DNA from: Takakia lepidozioides
Taxonomy: Eukaryota > Plantae > Bryophyta
DNA: 64,000 nt
Direction of reading: 5' to 3'
NCBI GenBank assembly: GCA_030704615.1
Contig: CM060732.1
Location: 7,812,001-7,876,000 of the forward strand
Each line of letters starts with the position of its first letter. The first letter of the stretch is position 1. Below, one piece after another: positions 26,906 to 41,050 of this stretch. The notes beneath the pieces are model-generated. The model was not told the origin of the DNA. It saw only the letters and a program-made list of their open reading frames with translations, and did no database searches. The position numbers and the translations under genes were made by a program.

Positions 26906-29104
26906 GGTTCTCTCACCAAAGAGACGCTCTCTTCAAATCTATCAAGGGAATTGTGCATATACCTCTGTTTACCAACTTTAAAAGTCTCGAGGCTGAGCCA
27001 AAAGCCCAGCCCCTTCTACTCAGTAACTCCCCCCCCGACCTTTTTTTTTTTGTTTTGTTTCGTCATCTCTTCCTCTCTCTCCCTCTCTCTCTCTCTCACT
27101 TTTGATGTGATATACAAGTTATGGACAACTCTCGACATCTTTCCCTTGATCCCACATGACAAGACAGACCATTTTTTTGATCTCCCCACCCTGACCTACC
27201 TCTGCTGCTGCGGCTGCTACTTCAAGCGAGGTGTTGCGGTGCTGTCGCGGCTGCCAACGGCACGGGTCCCCGTCGTTGCAGGGCATCTCTTCCCCACTCA
27301 CCACGGCTCTCTCTCTCTTCAGCTCGTTTACATCCCGCCTCTGCGCGGCGTTTCTACCACACAGGGGAGAGAGAGATCAGCCCGTGCTTAGGGCAAGAAA
27401 GCAAGAGAGAAAGTGAGGTAGGAGGCGGTGCTTACCTTGGCCGTTGGAGCGGCGTTGGGGCTAACTCCTTAGGGCCTTGCGACCACGTCGGGCTCAGCAG
27501 CAGGTGCGTTTCTTCTCCACCCCAAACCCTACTCTCTGAACTACCTCTCTCCCAAAGAACAAACGAAAACGGGAGGGGAAGGAGGTGCTTCAAGCACTTA
27601 GGAAAATAAAAAAGGGCGCGGCGCCTACGTGCGACGCCCGGCCGTCGCACGCCTGCGCCCCGCTTTTTTTTTGAAATGTACAAATGGTATTCTCGATGGC
27701 GGGCCGTTGCTGCTTGCGACCCCCCGGCCCCATAAATAAATAAAAACACGTTACCTCCCGCGACTGCTTTCCGTCGCGGGGTGCGACCCCGGCTAAAAAT
27801 TTGAGAAAAAATGCGTCGCCAAATGCGACGCAAGAGGCGACGGCCGGCCTTTCTGGGTTTAGGGTTTAGGGCCTTTTGGGGTTCTTAGTTTTTATTTTTA
27901 TTTTGTTTTTTTTTCATATGGTATTGGGTTAGGGAGTTTGCTTTTCTTTCTGGTGCTGGGTTTTGGATTGGCGGTTTTGGTTGTAGGTCTTGGGGTTGAA
28001 ATGATAAATGGTGTAATTAGGATTCACATACCCAAAATGTGGTTCAATCTGATAAGCGCAAAGCGCTGGGTCTCAATAAATTTTTTCATGGTGTGGGCAT
28101 CCTGAAGATAGAACGTGAGGAAGGATTTATTGTCTTGGGCTCTCTAGCACCATAGGGATGCTCCGCCTTTGGTCACCAATTTCGAAAGCCCCGAGGCTGA
28201 GGCATAGGGTTTTTTCGCCAACGGTTTGAGAAATGGAAGTGCTGGTGGTGTGTGTTAATTAGGAAGCGATGGTGAGGAAACATCGACCCGTCTCCCTCGA
28301 GGATGGGGAGGTAGTACCACATATCGATTGTGGCCCTGGAGCGACAGTTTTTCGTGGCGAGGAGCCACCCATTGCACCTGATCCAATACAGGCTGTCGGG
28401 CACAATCGTAGAAAGGACCGGGGCCAAGTTTCAGGTGATGCGGAGGACGTTGACACTCCGGGATCGAGTCGGGCGTCACCGCCGGGCGGCACCAGACCAC
28501 TGAGGTGGCGACCGCATGTTGTCAAAAAACATTACAAGAAGAACAGGATTGCGGATGCGGCAAAGGTGAGTGTTTTTCCCACCTCTCTCATTAACATTCA
28601 TTTAAGGTACATTTAGGTTTATCTAATAATATAGTATGATTGGTAAGCATACATGAATCCAAATTACGACATAAGTATCGATGCGTCGTTCACTTCGCAT
28701 ATTGCAGCCACGACTTGATGCCCAAGCTCGCAATCACATTGCACAGGAGGCATTTCGCGCCGGTCTACTTGCAGAATTTGTGCCAGAGCATGTGCCCGAT
28801 GTGACCAGTTGGTTCCCCTAGCAGCACGTAGATGAGATGCGTAGGGTCGAGGGGTATCGTAGGTGTCGTAGGCGTTATGGCCAGTGACGAGCAGGCCCAC
28901 CCCCCCTCCAGTTGCAGTCCCCCCTAATCCAATGTCCTCATCTGATGATTCTCCGCACCGTATATGCAGTAGTAGCTTGCAGGCCGATTGTGCCCCCCCC
29001 CCCCCCCCCCCTCTGTTTTTTCGTGCACCTAAGCATTGTGCCACAACATACATCGTTGTCCACCACACAATCTAAGCACACAATCCTAGAAAGCTATACC
29101 ACAA

Positions 29105-29555
29105 TGATAATGGAAGTGAACACACAATGGAAATACTCTACTCATGAATCCACTCAATCACATAAACTAAGTCAAGCCAAAGGCACCTTTGCTAAAGGAA
29201 TCCACCCTACAAAGCCCTCACCACACTCCCTCTCAATACCTAGAGCTATGGAGGTGGGAGAGGCTCATAGAGGCTCAACTACAAGAAGATGAGCCTCCTC
29301 CATCCTCACAAGGGGAAAACCTATCCCTATGTTCCAAGTGAGGCTTGCCACCTCACTTGGCATGTGAGACCCAATGAAGTTCCAACACACAAAATAATAT
29401 AAATATCTAAAATATCCTAGTTAACTAGAAGTAGGTAATTCTAGATAACCATGACTAAAAGCATGACAGCTGTCATGCACCTAAGCATCGTGCGACAACA
29501 TACATCGCTGTCCACCACACAATCTAAGCACACAATCCTAGAAAGCTATACCACA
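29105..29555 (-). mobile_element. 3' LTR of the Gypsy element (451 bp, TG..CA)
   Basis: Minus strand: purine-rich AGGGGGGCGAT then TGTGGTATAG..CCATTATCA, immediately downstream of integrase. Confidence 0.75.
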
Positions 29556-29733
29556 ATCGCCCCCCTAGCTGGTGAATAGGTCCCTCTAACATCAGATAGC
29601 TGACAAGTATCCATCCCAATAAGATCATCGCTTGGTCATCAATCGCCCAAGTCCCAATATCTGAAGTCAATAGATCAAGAGGCCGGGTGCAAAAGTAGCC
29701 CCATCGTTACTCGCCTTCTTGCAATCCATGGGT

Positions 29734-32700
29734 TCAATATCCTCCTCCACGTATACTGGCATACCTCAATGTGTCTCGGTGTTGGGCAATAGCAAGGTTC
29801 TCAAAAGCCATAGGCATGACTCTCTTGAACAACTCTGCCCGTTGGACACATGTTTGTGTCCACACATCTGGATCATCAAGGTTGAGGACTACTGCAGTCT
29901 CCCTGCAAATAGATGCAGGCAAATCTGGCTCTCGGCCAAAGATAAGGAAGTAAGGCAAGAACGAGGCAAGTGATGCTTGCTTGCTAAACCTGTAACCCAT
30001 GGCCAACCAAGGTAGTTGAAGGTCCCAATCTCCCAAGTGTCCCTTCTGCAAGCCATACTTGCGCAAGCCTCGCTTGACTGTTTGCACAACCGTCTCAGCC
30101 AAGCCATCAGCCTCGGGATGAACCCGAGAAGTAGTGCGGTGATCTATCAAGGCTTGCTCACACAAAGCCTGAAACTCCCCCAAGAACTCTCTCCCCTGGT
30201 CCGTGAGTACCTTGGCTGGAGCACCAAATTGGCTAAGCACTCGATCTAAGAATGCATACGCAGCCCCCTCACTTGCCTTGTCAGGCAATGCCACCAGTTC
30301 AATCCATTTGGAGAAATGTTCCACCATCACCAGCACATACTTGTTATGGCAAATCATTAGTGGCAATGGGCCTGCAAAGTCAAGACTCCAACAATAGCCC
30401 AAACCCATAATGGGTAAAGGATGCAATTGTGGAGTAGGTGCATTGAAAGAAGCCCGCACTCTATCACACACCATGCACCTTGCCACTAACTGTTGCACAT
30501 CCGTGTGCACGCCCCGCCACCAATACTGTCTTTGCAGCAAACTATGAGTGCGCTGCATCCCAAAATGTCCCAACTCCTTATGGGCATGGTGTACCAATCG
30601 CGCTCGTTGTGTTGGATGAGGTAGAATCCTCACTTGTCCATCCTCCCATACTCGGAGTAGGTGAGTCCCCTCCCACTTGAACCTCTTGGCTCGTTGTAGG
30701 ATCCGATCTCTCTCCTTAGCAGTCACACTGGCTGCTATCTCTCTAGTACAAAGGTAGGCCAACACTGCTGCATCTTCATATACAACCTTAGTACCACCAA
30801 GCTCCTCACTGATTTCTAGATCGTCATGCACACTATCTCTATGACCAATCGCATGGGATGGACCAGCTTGAGCTCCCATTGCTAGAATGCATAAAAAGGC
30901 AGATGCGTGCCATCTTGGCACCATCTCCTTGTCCGTCTCACCATGCCAACGAACTCTTGTATCATCAAGCTCACCTGTGCATGGATTGCGACTCAATCCA
31001 TCCGCATCCCGGTTGACTATTCCGGCTCGATGCACCACCTGGAAGTCGTACTCTTGAAGCATAAGTGCCCACCGTGCAAGCTTCCATGTAAGCTTGTCTG
31101 ACTCCATCAACCACTTCAATGGTTGGTGATCCGGGACAAGGGTGAAGAGATTGCCATAGAGGTAGTATCTAAAATGTGCCACTGCCCATACTGCAGCTAG
31201 ACACTCCCTTTCAGAGGAACTATACTTCGCGTCGGCATCATTGTTTGAGCGGCTAGCATATGCCACTACAAACTCTCTTCCCTCATCATCCACCTGTGTG
31301 AGCACTGCTCCAATCCCCAGCATGCTCCAATCCGTATGTAGCTGGAAAGACCGCCACCGAATAGGCTGCCTCAAAATAGGTGAGAAGTCAATCGAGCCTT
31401 GAGTTCCTCAAAGGCTTCCTCCTGCTCCTCCTCCCACTGCCACTCCTGACCCACCTTGGTCAACTTGGTAAGAGCCTTTGCAATGCTGCTAAATCCCTTG
31501 ACAAATCGTCGATAGTAGTTTGCCAACCCCATGAAAGCACGAACTCTGCTAACATCGATGGGGCGTGCAATGCGTGCAATGGCCTCTACCTTCGTCTTTT
31601 GAACACCCAATCCTCTTGGGTATATCATGTGGCCCAGATACTCAATCTGGTTGTGGAAGAACTTGCACTTCCCAGGGTGCAATTTCAACCCATGCGCTCT
31701 CAAGCGCTCAAACACCATCTGAAGGTGTCTCTCGTGCTCCTCAATCGTAGCACTAAAGATGACGATGTCATCAATGTAGCACCGGGCGAAGTCTAGCCCC
31801 GCAAGAATCCTATCCATGACCCTCTGAAACTCTGCAGGAGCATTCTTCAACCCAAATGGTAGGAACCGCCGTTGGTACAAGCAATCCTTCCCATGTTGGT
31901 CAATCCCCCAGAATGTCATCTTTTGCTTGTCAGCCTCTTTGATTGGCAACTGGTGGTAACCGGATCGCAAGTCCAATGTGTTAAACACCTTTGCATGCCC
32001 AATGGCATCAAAGATCTCCTCTGGAGTTGGCATGGCATATCTATCGGACTTAGTCTGACGGTTCTTAAGACGGTAGTCCCCACACATCCTCCTTTCTGTC
32101 CAATTGCCATAGATATCCTACTTAGCTGGCATCACCATTGCCGAGGCATACTCCCCGCTTGACAACTCCACCAATCCAGCTTCGAACAACTCCATAGTCC
32201 GTGACTGGATCAAAGACCTCTCCATATCACTATACCTGTAGGGCCTTTGAAAAATTGGCGTGTCACTTGCCAAATCAATACAAATCTCTTGGCCCTTCAA
32301 ACTCCCCAAATCCTTCAAACCGAAGGCAAAGCAATTCTATAAGCCCTTAGAAATTGCTGGATCCTCCGCCTCTCTCCTCCGGTGACTGTAGGTCCAACAT
32401 CTGGTTCACAGTTGTCCTCAGTGACTGCAACCTTGGGTACACCAGGCTTGGAAGTAGGAGACGCATCTTTTGGTTTCTAGATAGTAACATCTTGGTCTTT
32501 ATCCGCCCACCCTGACCGTGGCATAGCCTCCACTTGCTCCACCATAGCCACCTTGAGAACATCCTCTGGGGAAGAAACATTCTCAACCTCTTCAAAAACA
32601 TTGGCCACCTTGGCCTCCAACTGATCCTCAATGTATGGCTCTCCCCACTCCTCATACTGCTGCTTGAGAGATCCAATGACTCTCTCTTTGCGCATCTCAT

Positions 32701-32873
32701 CCCACATTTGCCATGGGTGTTTGCACCCCATGATCCTGTGCTCGCCCCCACTCACTGCCTCCACCGTCCCGGTTGGCAGAGATGGTGCAATAACCAATGG
32801 AAGTGCAGAAGTAGCCACCAATGCTTGCAATCTCCGTTGCTCAGCCATGCACAAGCCAATGACCCATGTCAAA
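29734..32873 (-). pseudogene. Ty3/Gypsy pol, 3' part: RT, RNase H, integrase
   Basis: LPFGLKNAPAEFQR and YIDD (RT); FQLHTDWS..ECLAAVWAV..DHQPLKW (RNase H); HHCC, WSLDFAGP, LTDQGREF (integrase); several stops and frameshifts. Confidence 0.95.
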
Positions 32874-33269
32874 CCAGCGTAGCTACGGCGTGAGCCCAGC
32901 CCCGTGAGCCTGGGAGCTGAGCTCACGTTGTAGCTGCAAAGCGTGAGTGGCACAAATCTGATGGAGAAGCAGGTCCTATAGGCGAGGATTGCAGGAAGAG
33001 GGCGTATTACCGTGGACAAAACAAAGGGGGCCACCATGCACCATGTCTGCAATGCCTGCACAAAAAGAGGAATATGAAAATATAGCAGATTTGAGCTCAG
33101 AATGATTGACACACTTTATTTCAATTCACAGATAGACGCTTACAATGAATGGCATGTGCATTTGCCCTGGTTCCGCGAACAAAATGTATGTGTTTGTCCT
33201 AAATGCAAAGTCTTTACACGGTAACCTGGAAACCAGCATGGGAAGCGGGCATGGCTCGTATGTGTTAAG

Positions 33270-36200
33270 AGAATTTGGCGGAGCCCTACGTGAGGTGTCC
33301 CGCTGCAGAAAGGTGATTACTTCTCCGTAGCCTAGTGTGGCTTGGTGAATGAATTGGTCTCTCTTACCGTCGCAGCACATAATTACAAGGTATATGTAAT
33401 ATTGATGCTTGTAGGGGACCCACTTCCCTCTCATGCCGAGAGCGCCCTCACGCATCGTTACAAAATCCGGACAAGTGCACGTAGGGAAATTCCCCACGGT
33501 AACCTGATATTCTTTGCCATGAAGAACTGAGCCAATAGACAGCACTGTGTAAATCTGTCCATACCCCGGGGCAAGGACTTCGGTGATAGGAGTCACTCGA
33601 ACCTGCAAAATTTAGCCGATTCCATCTTGCATTCGTGATCTGCACCCGAAGCGACACGGCGTACTGTTTTTCCATCTCTTTTTGTTGGGTGGGAGTTGGC
33701 ACCGGGTGGAGGCATTGCCAGAGCATGTGGCACATTTGTGCCGACAGTGCATGAGGGCACCACCCGGGACGGTGCAAGACAGAACCCTCCCTCTTCCAGC
33801 ATGCTTATCTCGGTTGATGACAGCGACGACCCAAGTTTCACAGGCCAAATTGCGGGGGGAGGGGGCTTCATTATCACCGAAGGACGAACTGTTCCCTTGA
33901 CGCATCGTGCCGTATCGTCTGGGCAGAACCAGAACTTGTGGTCCTTTGACTCCCCACTATAATAAGGTCGGAACAACCCTGTGAATGTTGGAGCTGGAGT
34001 CCCCCTGGAGCCTTTGCATATTTTTGATTTTCATTTCTTGAAAGAGGGGGTCCAAATTGCCATGCAAGCCACTCTAGATCCTGGTGGGGTGCGTTCTATA
34101 TGCCACTCACTATCAATGCAATCAGATTCATGCACCATGGCCACCACCTCCTCCAATTGGATTCCTGCTGCTGTGCTTGCATGATCTGCACCTGCTCCAC
34201 TGGAGGAGGACCCACCTGGGAAGGGGCGGGCACACGACTTAGTCTGCACTGGAGACACCCTTGGTACAGAGAAATTGACCCTGTCCGGCCGATGGGAATC
34301 TCCATCCGACCTTGGAGGAGTGTTCAATTTCCTTTTGCATGATCCAAATCTTTCCTCACCTTCCAAATGGGGGAGCCTGGATTGCAAAGGGGAGCCTTCA
34401 GTGCACCTGTTAAGAGCTCTGGCCATCTTGGATGGGTCTCCGGACCTACTCGCAGCCCTTAGCATCAACAAAGTTGTATCAGGGCCCTTGCCTCCGCCCC
34501 GTCCCATCAGAAAATTGCGGTACCTAGTTTGTTGTGTAAGTGCCCGCACCATGTCATCAGCAGTGGCCACATACAAGTCACGTCCTGCTTTGGTAGACTG
34601 TTGCATCCAGGCGTTGTGAACATTCTCCGCCAAATTACAGGATGGCATGTCAGCCAAGTCCTCCAAGGACATGTCCTGTAGGAGGCATTGCATGGAAATG
34701 TGAGGAACGAAAGGAAATGGAAGAGGTTTTGCAAGTGACAATCCAACAACCCCAAATGAACAGGCATGATGCAAAGTGAAATTTGTGTTTCTGGGATTGA
34801 AGAGGCTTACCGTCGTCATGAAAGCTCCCCACTGTCTGTACCTGAAGTGCCAGAAAACCAACCAGTTCTCCAACTCCTTCAAGTGGATACCAGTAGCAGC
34901 ACCAGAGGAGAACCACCAAGCCCGGAAGTGCTCTTAGCTTCTCCCATTGAGGTGGCATTTTTGTACTTGAGGTAGAGCCTTTTGTGCTCCAACTGAAGGT
35001 CAGGGCGAATGACGTGCCAGAGATTGACTCCAATGGAAGATGCATGTGCACTCCCTATTCTCCATTGGGACCTTAGGATCCCCCGAACCAAACACGCGCC
35101 GCACTGCATTGAAATTTGCTTGTGCACTATCAGCCATGAAGCCCACAAAATTTGTGTTCTGTATTCCATTGCGCTGCATGACGGCCAGGAGCGAATTCCA
35201 CATGAGCATCTGGGATTTAGTGTCATCCGACTGCATATCACAAATTGCTATGGAGAGCACACGTTGGTACGCTGGATCGTACACATGGCACGCCATGGTT
35301 GTCCAACCCTTCACCCGTTTGCAGTGATCAAACATTAACCAACATTTTGTCAAATCTCCTCCAGGTTGCATTCGGCGGACAATGCTCACACCACTGCCTT
35401 CGCCCACTGTGGACATCTTGAACAAATACACCTTGGACGAGGCTTGGCCAGGGAAGATACTGTTTTGAATGAATTCATAGCGACTCCTCTGTTTGAGGTC
35501 CATAATGTTGTCCATGAATCCAGCAGTGCCGGTGCCCATTCTGAGTGCATTCACCTAGTTTCGAATATTGGGAGAGCTCAACACGGAGAAATGGTCCATC
35601 ACTGCCTCAAGCAAATCTGCATCCAGCATTGGTTGTGTTGCATCCCCTTCACCCAGTATGTGTTTTTCCAGGAATGCCTTGCTAGCTGCAAGCGCTATAG
35701 CAGAAGGTGTTGCACAAGGGGCATTGTGGAACTCCTGCTTCAGCAGATTTCTAGCGATGTCCACACTATCCTTGCGACTTCCTTTGGACACAGGATGCTC
35801 GTGTGTACCCATATGAATGCAAGCACGAGTCATTGTCTTGCATCGGTGTGCCACCTGGTACATACGAGCGTGGCACACAGAAACACAAGACTGGGAAAGT
35901 TTGCAGAACCTGCACACAAAAGTATTGGTCTTGGGAGGGGCAAGCCCTGGGGTGAAAGGATTCAGGGGCACACCTTCCTACTCACTTTCGTTTGGTTTAG
36001 CGTTGTTTTTCAGACGAGGGCAAGAAATATTCACGCACTTACAATGCCCAACGCAGACCGACCTTCGAAATTTCAATCCAATGTCGTTGTGGATGTTCGA
36101 CGTTTTTGTCCTGCACCAAGGGCGTCCGTCATGTTTCTTGTCCATGCCCTGCAGAAGCCCAGCTAGTCCACTGGAAGACGTGGGAGGGTTGAGCTCAAAC

Positions 36201-36808
36201 AAGATGTCCCCATCAAACTCTGCTGGCACGTATTGAACCCGCTGCACACGAAGGGACTCCCAATCAACAAAACGCAGCTCGCTCTTGCACCCAGGCACCC
36301 CTGCGAGGGCTTTCAATTTCGGAATGACACTCGTTATCTCATGCAACTCGTCATCATCCAAGAATGGAGTCTGCATTGGCGGAGGAATTTCAGAAACATC
36401 CTCCGAGGACGAGTCTGAAAGAGTCACGAATGTAGTGGATGTGCTCACCTCTTGTTTCACATGAACTGTGCCCTTCTGCAGCACGACTTATGCTGCAGTG
36501 CCAGGGGTACCTACTGATCCTGCTGATTGTCTTCTGTCTTTTCCAAGGACCCGGTATGTGCTTGGAAGGACTCTCCACTTCCTTCCACACTCGCCAACCA
36601 ATGGTTTCTCCAAGTGCCCAGAATCCAAATTCCCATCCTCGTCATACACCTCTTTTTGAACAAGCAGAGAACCCAATTCCAGAGGGAACACTGTAACCAG
36701 CTCATCCTCATGAACAACTGCAAACCCATCATCATCTACAGTGGCAGTCAGTGGAAGACTACCTGCATTGAAATGAAATCGAGCGAGTCTATCTCGCTCC
36801 CTGGACAT
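33270..36808 (-). pseudogene. Mutator-like transposase, family A
   Basis: N-terminal Cys/His GCM-like region (DKKHDGRPW..CVGHCKC), WLMFDH, FMADSAQA, CIFHW, CNLAENVH, C-terminal SWIM finger CTCPDF..KH; one intron about 34680-34810; in-frame stops. Confidence 0.85.
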
Positions 36809-37808
36809 GTTTTCGTACACTGACAAAAAGTTGCGATTCACAGAGGAATCCCCGAACTGATAGCCCGTAATTCTCGAAAGGGGATCCACCCCAAACAAAC
36901 TGAGGTAAAAAAGGTAGCACTGACCCAAAGACTGCGGGCGATGCATGCAAAGGATGTAGGAATGACATGCACCGAACTTCGCAGACAGCCACACTGAGAG
37001 ACACCAACCAGAAAAACTGTTTTCTAAGACAAGAAGCCACAAGAAGCCGTGCTGTACTTGGATGAAAAACAAACCCTGAATATGACATAAAATCATCCAT
37101 TATGGAAAGACGGCAACAACCCTGGAGAGCAGTAAAGAGGAAGACCCCGAATCTAATGAGGTTGTGTTGTGCCAGAAGAGCACAACACAAACACAACGAC
37201 GCAATGGCGTGAGCGTTGCGCGTGAGTGCATGAGCGTACGCTCACGCCAGCTGACGTGGCGTGAGCCTGCACCCACGCTGATGTGGCGTGAGCGTCATGT
37301 CAGTGTGCTGATGTGGCGGCAAATGATGACGTGGCACTCTCCATCATCTGCCACGTCAGCATTAACATGCGCCGCCTATAACCGAGGATGGTCCTATGAC
37401 CGTGGAATTAATGCAGGGAATCTTGCCTAAATAGAATCAAGACTACCATGAGGCCTACAATTGTAGCATCCAACATTGTGCAATTACAAATGCTTGTTTC
37501 ACTTTTACAATTATGAGGACGAGAAAATATCCTCACAAAGTGTGCGCCATAGAGGCTGCCACGGGAAGACCTTCCTCCCTCCTCAAATAACAATGAGAGT
37601 TAGGATCATCTTCAAAAGATGATTGTAGTGCATAGCGACAGCAAGACATGTAGACTTCGAACGGTGCAATGACAAATGTGCTTTTAAAAGTTGCCACTCA
37701 GAGCTCACTCCGTATAGTTGGAGGCCATATCATTGCACTGCCGACGAATTGATGTGAATTACACATTTCAAATCATGGTCGTCCACATACCACATTGCAT
37801 AGTTGATG

Positions 37809-40800
37809 CTACCCATGTGTTGTATCCCGCTGCAATAGAGTATCGACCTCATTGAAACTCATAGTGGCCTGGTGAATGAAGTTGTCACGTTTGGGATCGC
37901 AAACCATCATCTTCAAAAATATGAAATACAAATGTTTGCAGGGTATGAATTTACCTCTCTTGCCCAAACTGGTTGATAGCATATTCACAGAATCAGGACA
38001 TGTGCAATTGGGGAAATTGGAAACCGTGATGTCGTAGGTCTTGTCATGAACAGCAGATGTGGAAGTGATGATTGTGAATACCCGACCATATCCTGGATCG
38101 GGTACTTCCGTGGTGCTTCCAACACAAGCTTGGAGCATTCTTGCGGACTCCACTTTGCCAAAGTGTTCAGCGGTTGGAGGGAAACGCCGAACGAGCTTTC
38201 CATCTCGTTTGGTTGGCCACAAGTCAGGATTTGTCGGGGGGACCCGGGAGGACGCAGAAGTAGTAGCAAATGCATGGAGTTGGGGTTGTCTCGCAAGGGA
38301 ATAGTCTGCCTCCTCCAGCATTTCAATCTCCTGAAATCTGAGATGTGTTCCCACCTTCATAGGCCAAACAGTTGGAGGAGATGGCTTCATCACTACGGAA
38401 GGACGCACAGTTCCATACACACATCTGGCACAATCATCTGCGCAGAACCAGAACTTGTGGTTCTTCGCCTCTGGTTGACCGTATGGACGCATCAAACCCG
38501 TGAAAGTCGGAGCAGGAGTTCGGGCACCACCTCTGGATATAGATGAAGTGCACTTCTCGAAATTAGTTGCCCTGATCGCTGTACATTTCACACGAGACCC
38601 TACACTTGTGCGTGCCAAACGTGGTCGGGGCATGCGGACTCAAGCACATCAAAGGGGTTGTTTCTCTCCTGCACCATTTCAGTGGCACTGTTTGATGCTG
38701 GAGCTTGCCGTCGTGTTGGAGGTTCCTCCACAATAGAGGTTCCGGACATGGAGTTGTCATATAGGGGAGCACGAGGCTTCGAGAAGTTATCACGGTCTGT
38801 GCGAATCGGAATCCGAACCAGGTGGAGTGTTCAATTTCCTCTTACAGGAGCCGAATCTCTTCTCCCCTTCAAGATGTGGAACTCTAGAAACAAGTGGCGT
38901 TCCCTGGGCATACATGCTCACCGCCCGTGCTATCTTGATTGGATCCCCAGATCTGTTTGCAGCACGCAACATCAACTCCCATTTGTCCGGACCCTTGCCA
39001 CCAACCCCACCTCGCAAGAAATCACGGTATCGGGTTTGTTGTTGCAAGGCACGTATCAAATCATCTGTTGTTGCCACATACAAATCCCGACCTCGTTTCC
39101 CAGACTGCTGCAACCATGCGTTGTGCACAGTTTCTGCCAAATTGCAAGATGGCATGTCCGCCATTTCCTCAATGGACATGTTCTGCAAAGTGGAGAACCA
39201 CACTTCAAAACATTGAACAGAAAACAACATAAAGAAAGCGAGGACACAATAAATGGAAAGTAAATGTATGAATAAAGCAAGAAATATAAGCCTCGTACCA
39301 CTGGCATTATTGCTCCCCACTGTCTATACCGGAAGTGCCAAAACGCCAGCCAATCTTCCAATGCTCTCATACTCTCAAGTGATGCAGCTCCAGAAGAGAA
39401 CCACCAGGCACGAATTGTCTGGAACAAAGTGTCCGCCTCCTTCATTGTTCTAGCATCTTTGTACTCTTTGCACAATTTACGGTGCTGAGTCTGCATCTCT
39501 GGTTTGATGTCTGACTTTGTATGTTTTTCCAGAGATTGTGTCCAATGGAATAGACATGTACGCTCTCTTCCTCGCATTGGCACTTTTGGGTCGCTCGATC
39601 CGAAGACAATACGAACAGCATTGAAATTTGCTTGAGCACTATCCGCCATGAAACCTGCGAAATTTGGAGATGGCAGCCCATGACACGTATCAGGGAATTC
39701 CACATGAGCTTCTGGGATTCCGTATCCTTGGATTGCATGTCACAAAACTCCAAAATGTTGTCTATGTAGCCTCTGATACCAGAGCCCATTCTTAATGCAT
39801 TGATCTGATGCCGAATGTTAGGTGAACTCAAAGTGGAGAAATGATCCATGACCAGGTCCAATGTTGCACCGTCAAGTTTAGTCCCCACAGAATCCCCTTC
39901 ACTCAAAATATGGCTTTCCAAGAAGGACTTGTTTGCGCCAAGAGCAATTGCAGATGTTGTTGCGGATGGGTTTCTCCCGAACTCCTGTTTAATCAACCTC
40001 AATACTGTCTCACCACTCTCCCTGTAATCCCCCTTCGAGACATGATGGTTATGGAATCCGAAATGCACACAAGCTCTTGTCATTGTTTTCAAACGGTGGA
40101 CAACATAGTACATTCTTGCTCCGCAGAGCGCCAAGCAGGATGGCACAAGTTTGCAGAATTTGCAGACGAAAGTGTTTGCCGGTGGTGGGGCAGTCCCAGG
40201 CTGAAATGGATTTTCGGCCAGACCCTCCCATTCGCTTTGATTATGAATCCCAGACTGAAGAAAGTGTCTGCAATTCAAATTATCACACCTAAGGTGTCCA
40301 TTGCAAATTGTTCTCCTAAAAACAAGCTTGTCATCATTCTGAATATTGGATGTTTTTGTTCTGCACCACGGGTGCCCGTCGTGTTTCTTGTCCATTCCAT
40401 GCATCATGATTGTTACACCTCCACCTCGCTGAGGAGGAGGCAGCTCGAATAGGATATCGCCATCAAAAGTCTCTGGCAAGAACTTCACAGGCACCTGCTT
40501 CAAAGATTCCCAATCAATTCCTCGCAACTCACTTTTGAATCCAGCCATTCCTCCCATCGCCCGTAATTTTGGAATGACACTACAAATCTCTTCTTCATCA
40601 GCTTCTCTAACCACAGTAGGAAGGACTGGATTTGGAATTTCACTTATGTCATCATCGGACGAATCCGAAAGCTCAATGATTGGAGTGGAGGACATCTGTT
40701 CTTTTTTCACCACCACCTCCCTCTTGTCTTCAACGACCGAAGCAGCAGTCCCGGGCGTCACATATGACCCAAGGGACTTTCGCCGAGGCTCTCCAAGTAT

Positions 40801-41050
40801 CTGTATCGACCAGGGCGCACTCTCCACTGGCTGACATGAGCCGTTTCATCACGGTTTTGGAAAGAGTATTTCAACAACTTCCCTTTCAAATCGTACACCT
40901 CTTTCTCCAAAAAGATGGAGCCATTCTGAAGCTGAAAACGGGTAGCCAAGACATGTTCCAGAACAATTGCAAATCCATTGTCAAGGACTTCATGGAGAAC
41001 GGCACTGGTTTGTCGTCAGAGAAGAACTCCACTTCAGAGGAAGCCATCTT
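37809..41050 (-). pseudogene. Mutator-like transposase, family B, with internal deletion
   Basis: Colinear with family A (FMADSAQA, CLFHW, CNLAETVH, SWIM CTCPD..CKH) but lacks the segment carrying WLMFDH. Confidence 0.85.

Larger units (their letters stand above)
17312..29020. mobile_element. CACTA (En/Spm) DNA transposon, one terminus plus internal region; second terminus not seen
   Basis: CACTACAAGAAAA at 17312; GCGACG/CGTCGC subterminal repeats at 17335-17970 and again at 27620-27845; telobox-like GGGTTTAGGG near 27855; right boundary uncertain. Confidence 0.7.

Noticed and set aside
28269-28890. Possible two-exon plus-strand gene inside the CACTA element
   Set aside because: No recognisable motif; too weak to call
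37615-37630. TTGTAGTG as a possible second CACTA end
   Set aside because: Lacks the TTTTC extension and subterminal repeats, and lies inside MULE B
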